From contig NW_027117339.1 of the NCBI RefSeq assembly GCF_038025025.1, positions 992,001 to 1,056,000 of the forward strand: a stretch of DNA of 64,000 bases. Direction: 5' to 3'. A model generated the notes under the pieces. The model was not told the origin of the DNA, did no database searches, and was given only the letters and a program-made list of their open reading frames with translations. The position numbers and the translations under genes were made by a program. This DNA is from Phyllosticta citribraziliensis. Its lineage: Eukaryota. This document shows positions 62,997 to 64,000 of the stretch, piece after piece. The stretch's first letter is position 1. Each line of letters begins with the position of its first letter.

Positions 62997-64000
62997 GATG
63001 GAGTGTTTTTCTGCAAGAGTCTCTCATCTGAGGGCGGCAGCGCACGTGGGGCAGATTTGTCCGGTGGTGGTCCAGGGGGTGGCGGTGCTGGCTGATACCC
63101 ATCGTACGGGGCCGTTCACCCGCTACGGCCGGCGTCGACACCACTACCACCGCCACGATGGGTCCTCATCACCACCGCCATCCTGTCATCTCTTTCTCAC
63201 TATTGCATTACTTGAAATTTTCAAGATTAGCGATTTGGGCATTTGATGTGCGTGTTGGCAGTAGACTGCATGATTGAAGGGGGGCCGTGAGAGTGCTAGA
63301 AAGGTGAATTTCATGAAGCTAGCAGGGGAAGACAGGAGCTGTGTGAAGCGTAATTGGTCAGTATACCCGACAATCTCGAGCACCATTGCATGTGTCCGCT
63401 CCGGACATGAATATTCTCAACTTCTTCACCCTTCACAATTCTTCCACGCTTGGACCCGAGCACGTCCAAGTGAATGAAGCAAGCGAGCAGTCGTCGTCTC
63501 GTCCCTCTTCCTGGCTGGAAAGTGACATGTCGGCAATCGGCAGTCGATTGTGGAGTTGACCGAAGCAAGGGGTGCAGCTCACTCGAGCAACGACATGTCA
63601 AAAACAGGGCAGAGGTTTCGATGAATCAGGGTCTTGGTGGACTGAGTGCTCTGGCAAAATGATGAGCCGCCAAAGAGGGCGTGGAAGGAGGAGGCTTAGA
63701 GCGATTTATCTTGTGCGGCATTTTTCCAGAGAGAGTTATTTTGATGGCGGAGAGCGAGGGGGAAAAGAGATGGAGCGTTTGACCATGGACAGACGAGAGG
63801 AGGTGGATTAGTTGGGATTACAGGAGTGCTGTATTGTGAGCAGACACAGAGGGGACACAGAGCTGGCGCGGAGGAGGAGCGAGGCTTAGACACGGTGGTG
63901 CGGTGTTTTGGGCTCAGCAACGGAATGAGAAAGGAGCAACAATAATGTGGGCAAACACAATGACGGTGATGACCACCACCATGACAGCAGGAGAGAGTGA

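Overview
Gene-dense eukaryotic DNA from a filamentous ascomycete (Pezizomycotina; short GT-AG introns with CTRAY branch points). About 23 protein-coding genes can be reconstructed, mostly conserved housekeeping: p24/ERP1-like, PTAR1/Ecm9, GET1, NADP-GDH, aldo-keto reductase, MED5, RUD3, SRAP/HMCES, Mgr3-like TPR, U1-C, DHA1 MFS transporter, ICE2, MYG1, SDR, SepH/Cdc15 kinase, ATX1, PalA/Rim20. No tRNA, rRNA, snRNA, intact transposon or CRISPR array was recognised. Most notable: (1) the conserved U1-C N-terminus is best assembled through a U2-type AT-AC intron followed by a 6-nt microexon; (2) the SepH kinase stop is TAG-CAA-CGA, a leaky-stop context, followed in frame by 736 more sense codons; (3) a catalytically degenerate isochorismatase + AlkB + GST-like fusion lies next to SRAP/HMCES; (4) a membrane-anchored protein with a PemK/MazF-like motif order; (5) an accessory island (about 53.3-59.2 kb) with a two-module secreted effector candidate and a gene relic. 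All calls come from motif recognition by eye, without database searches.
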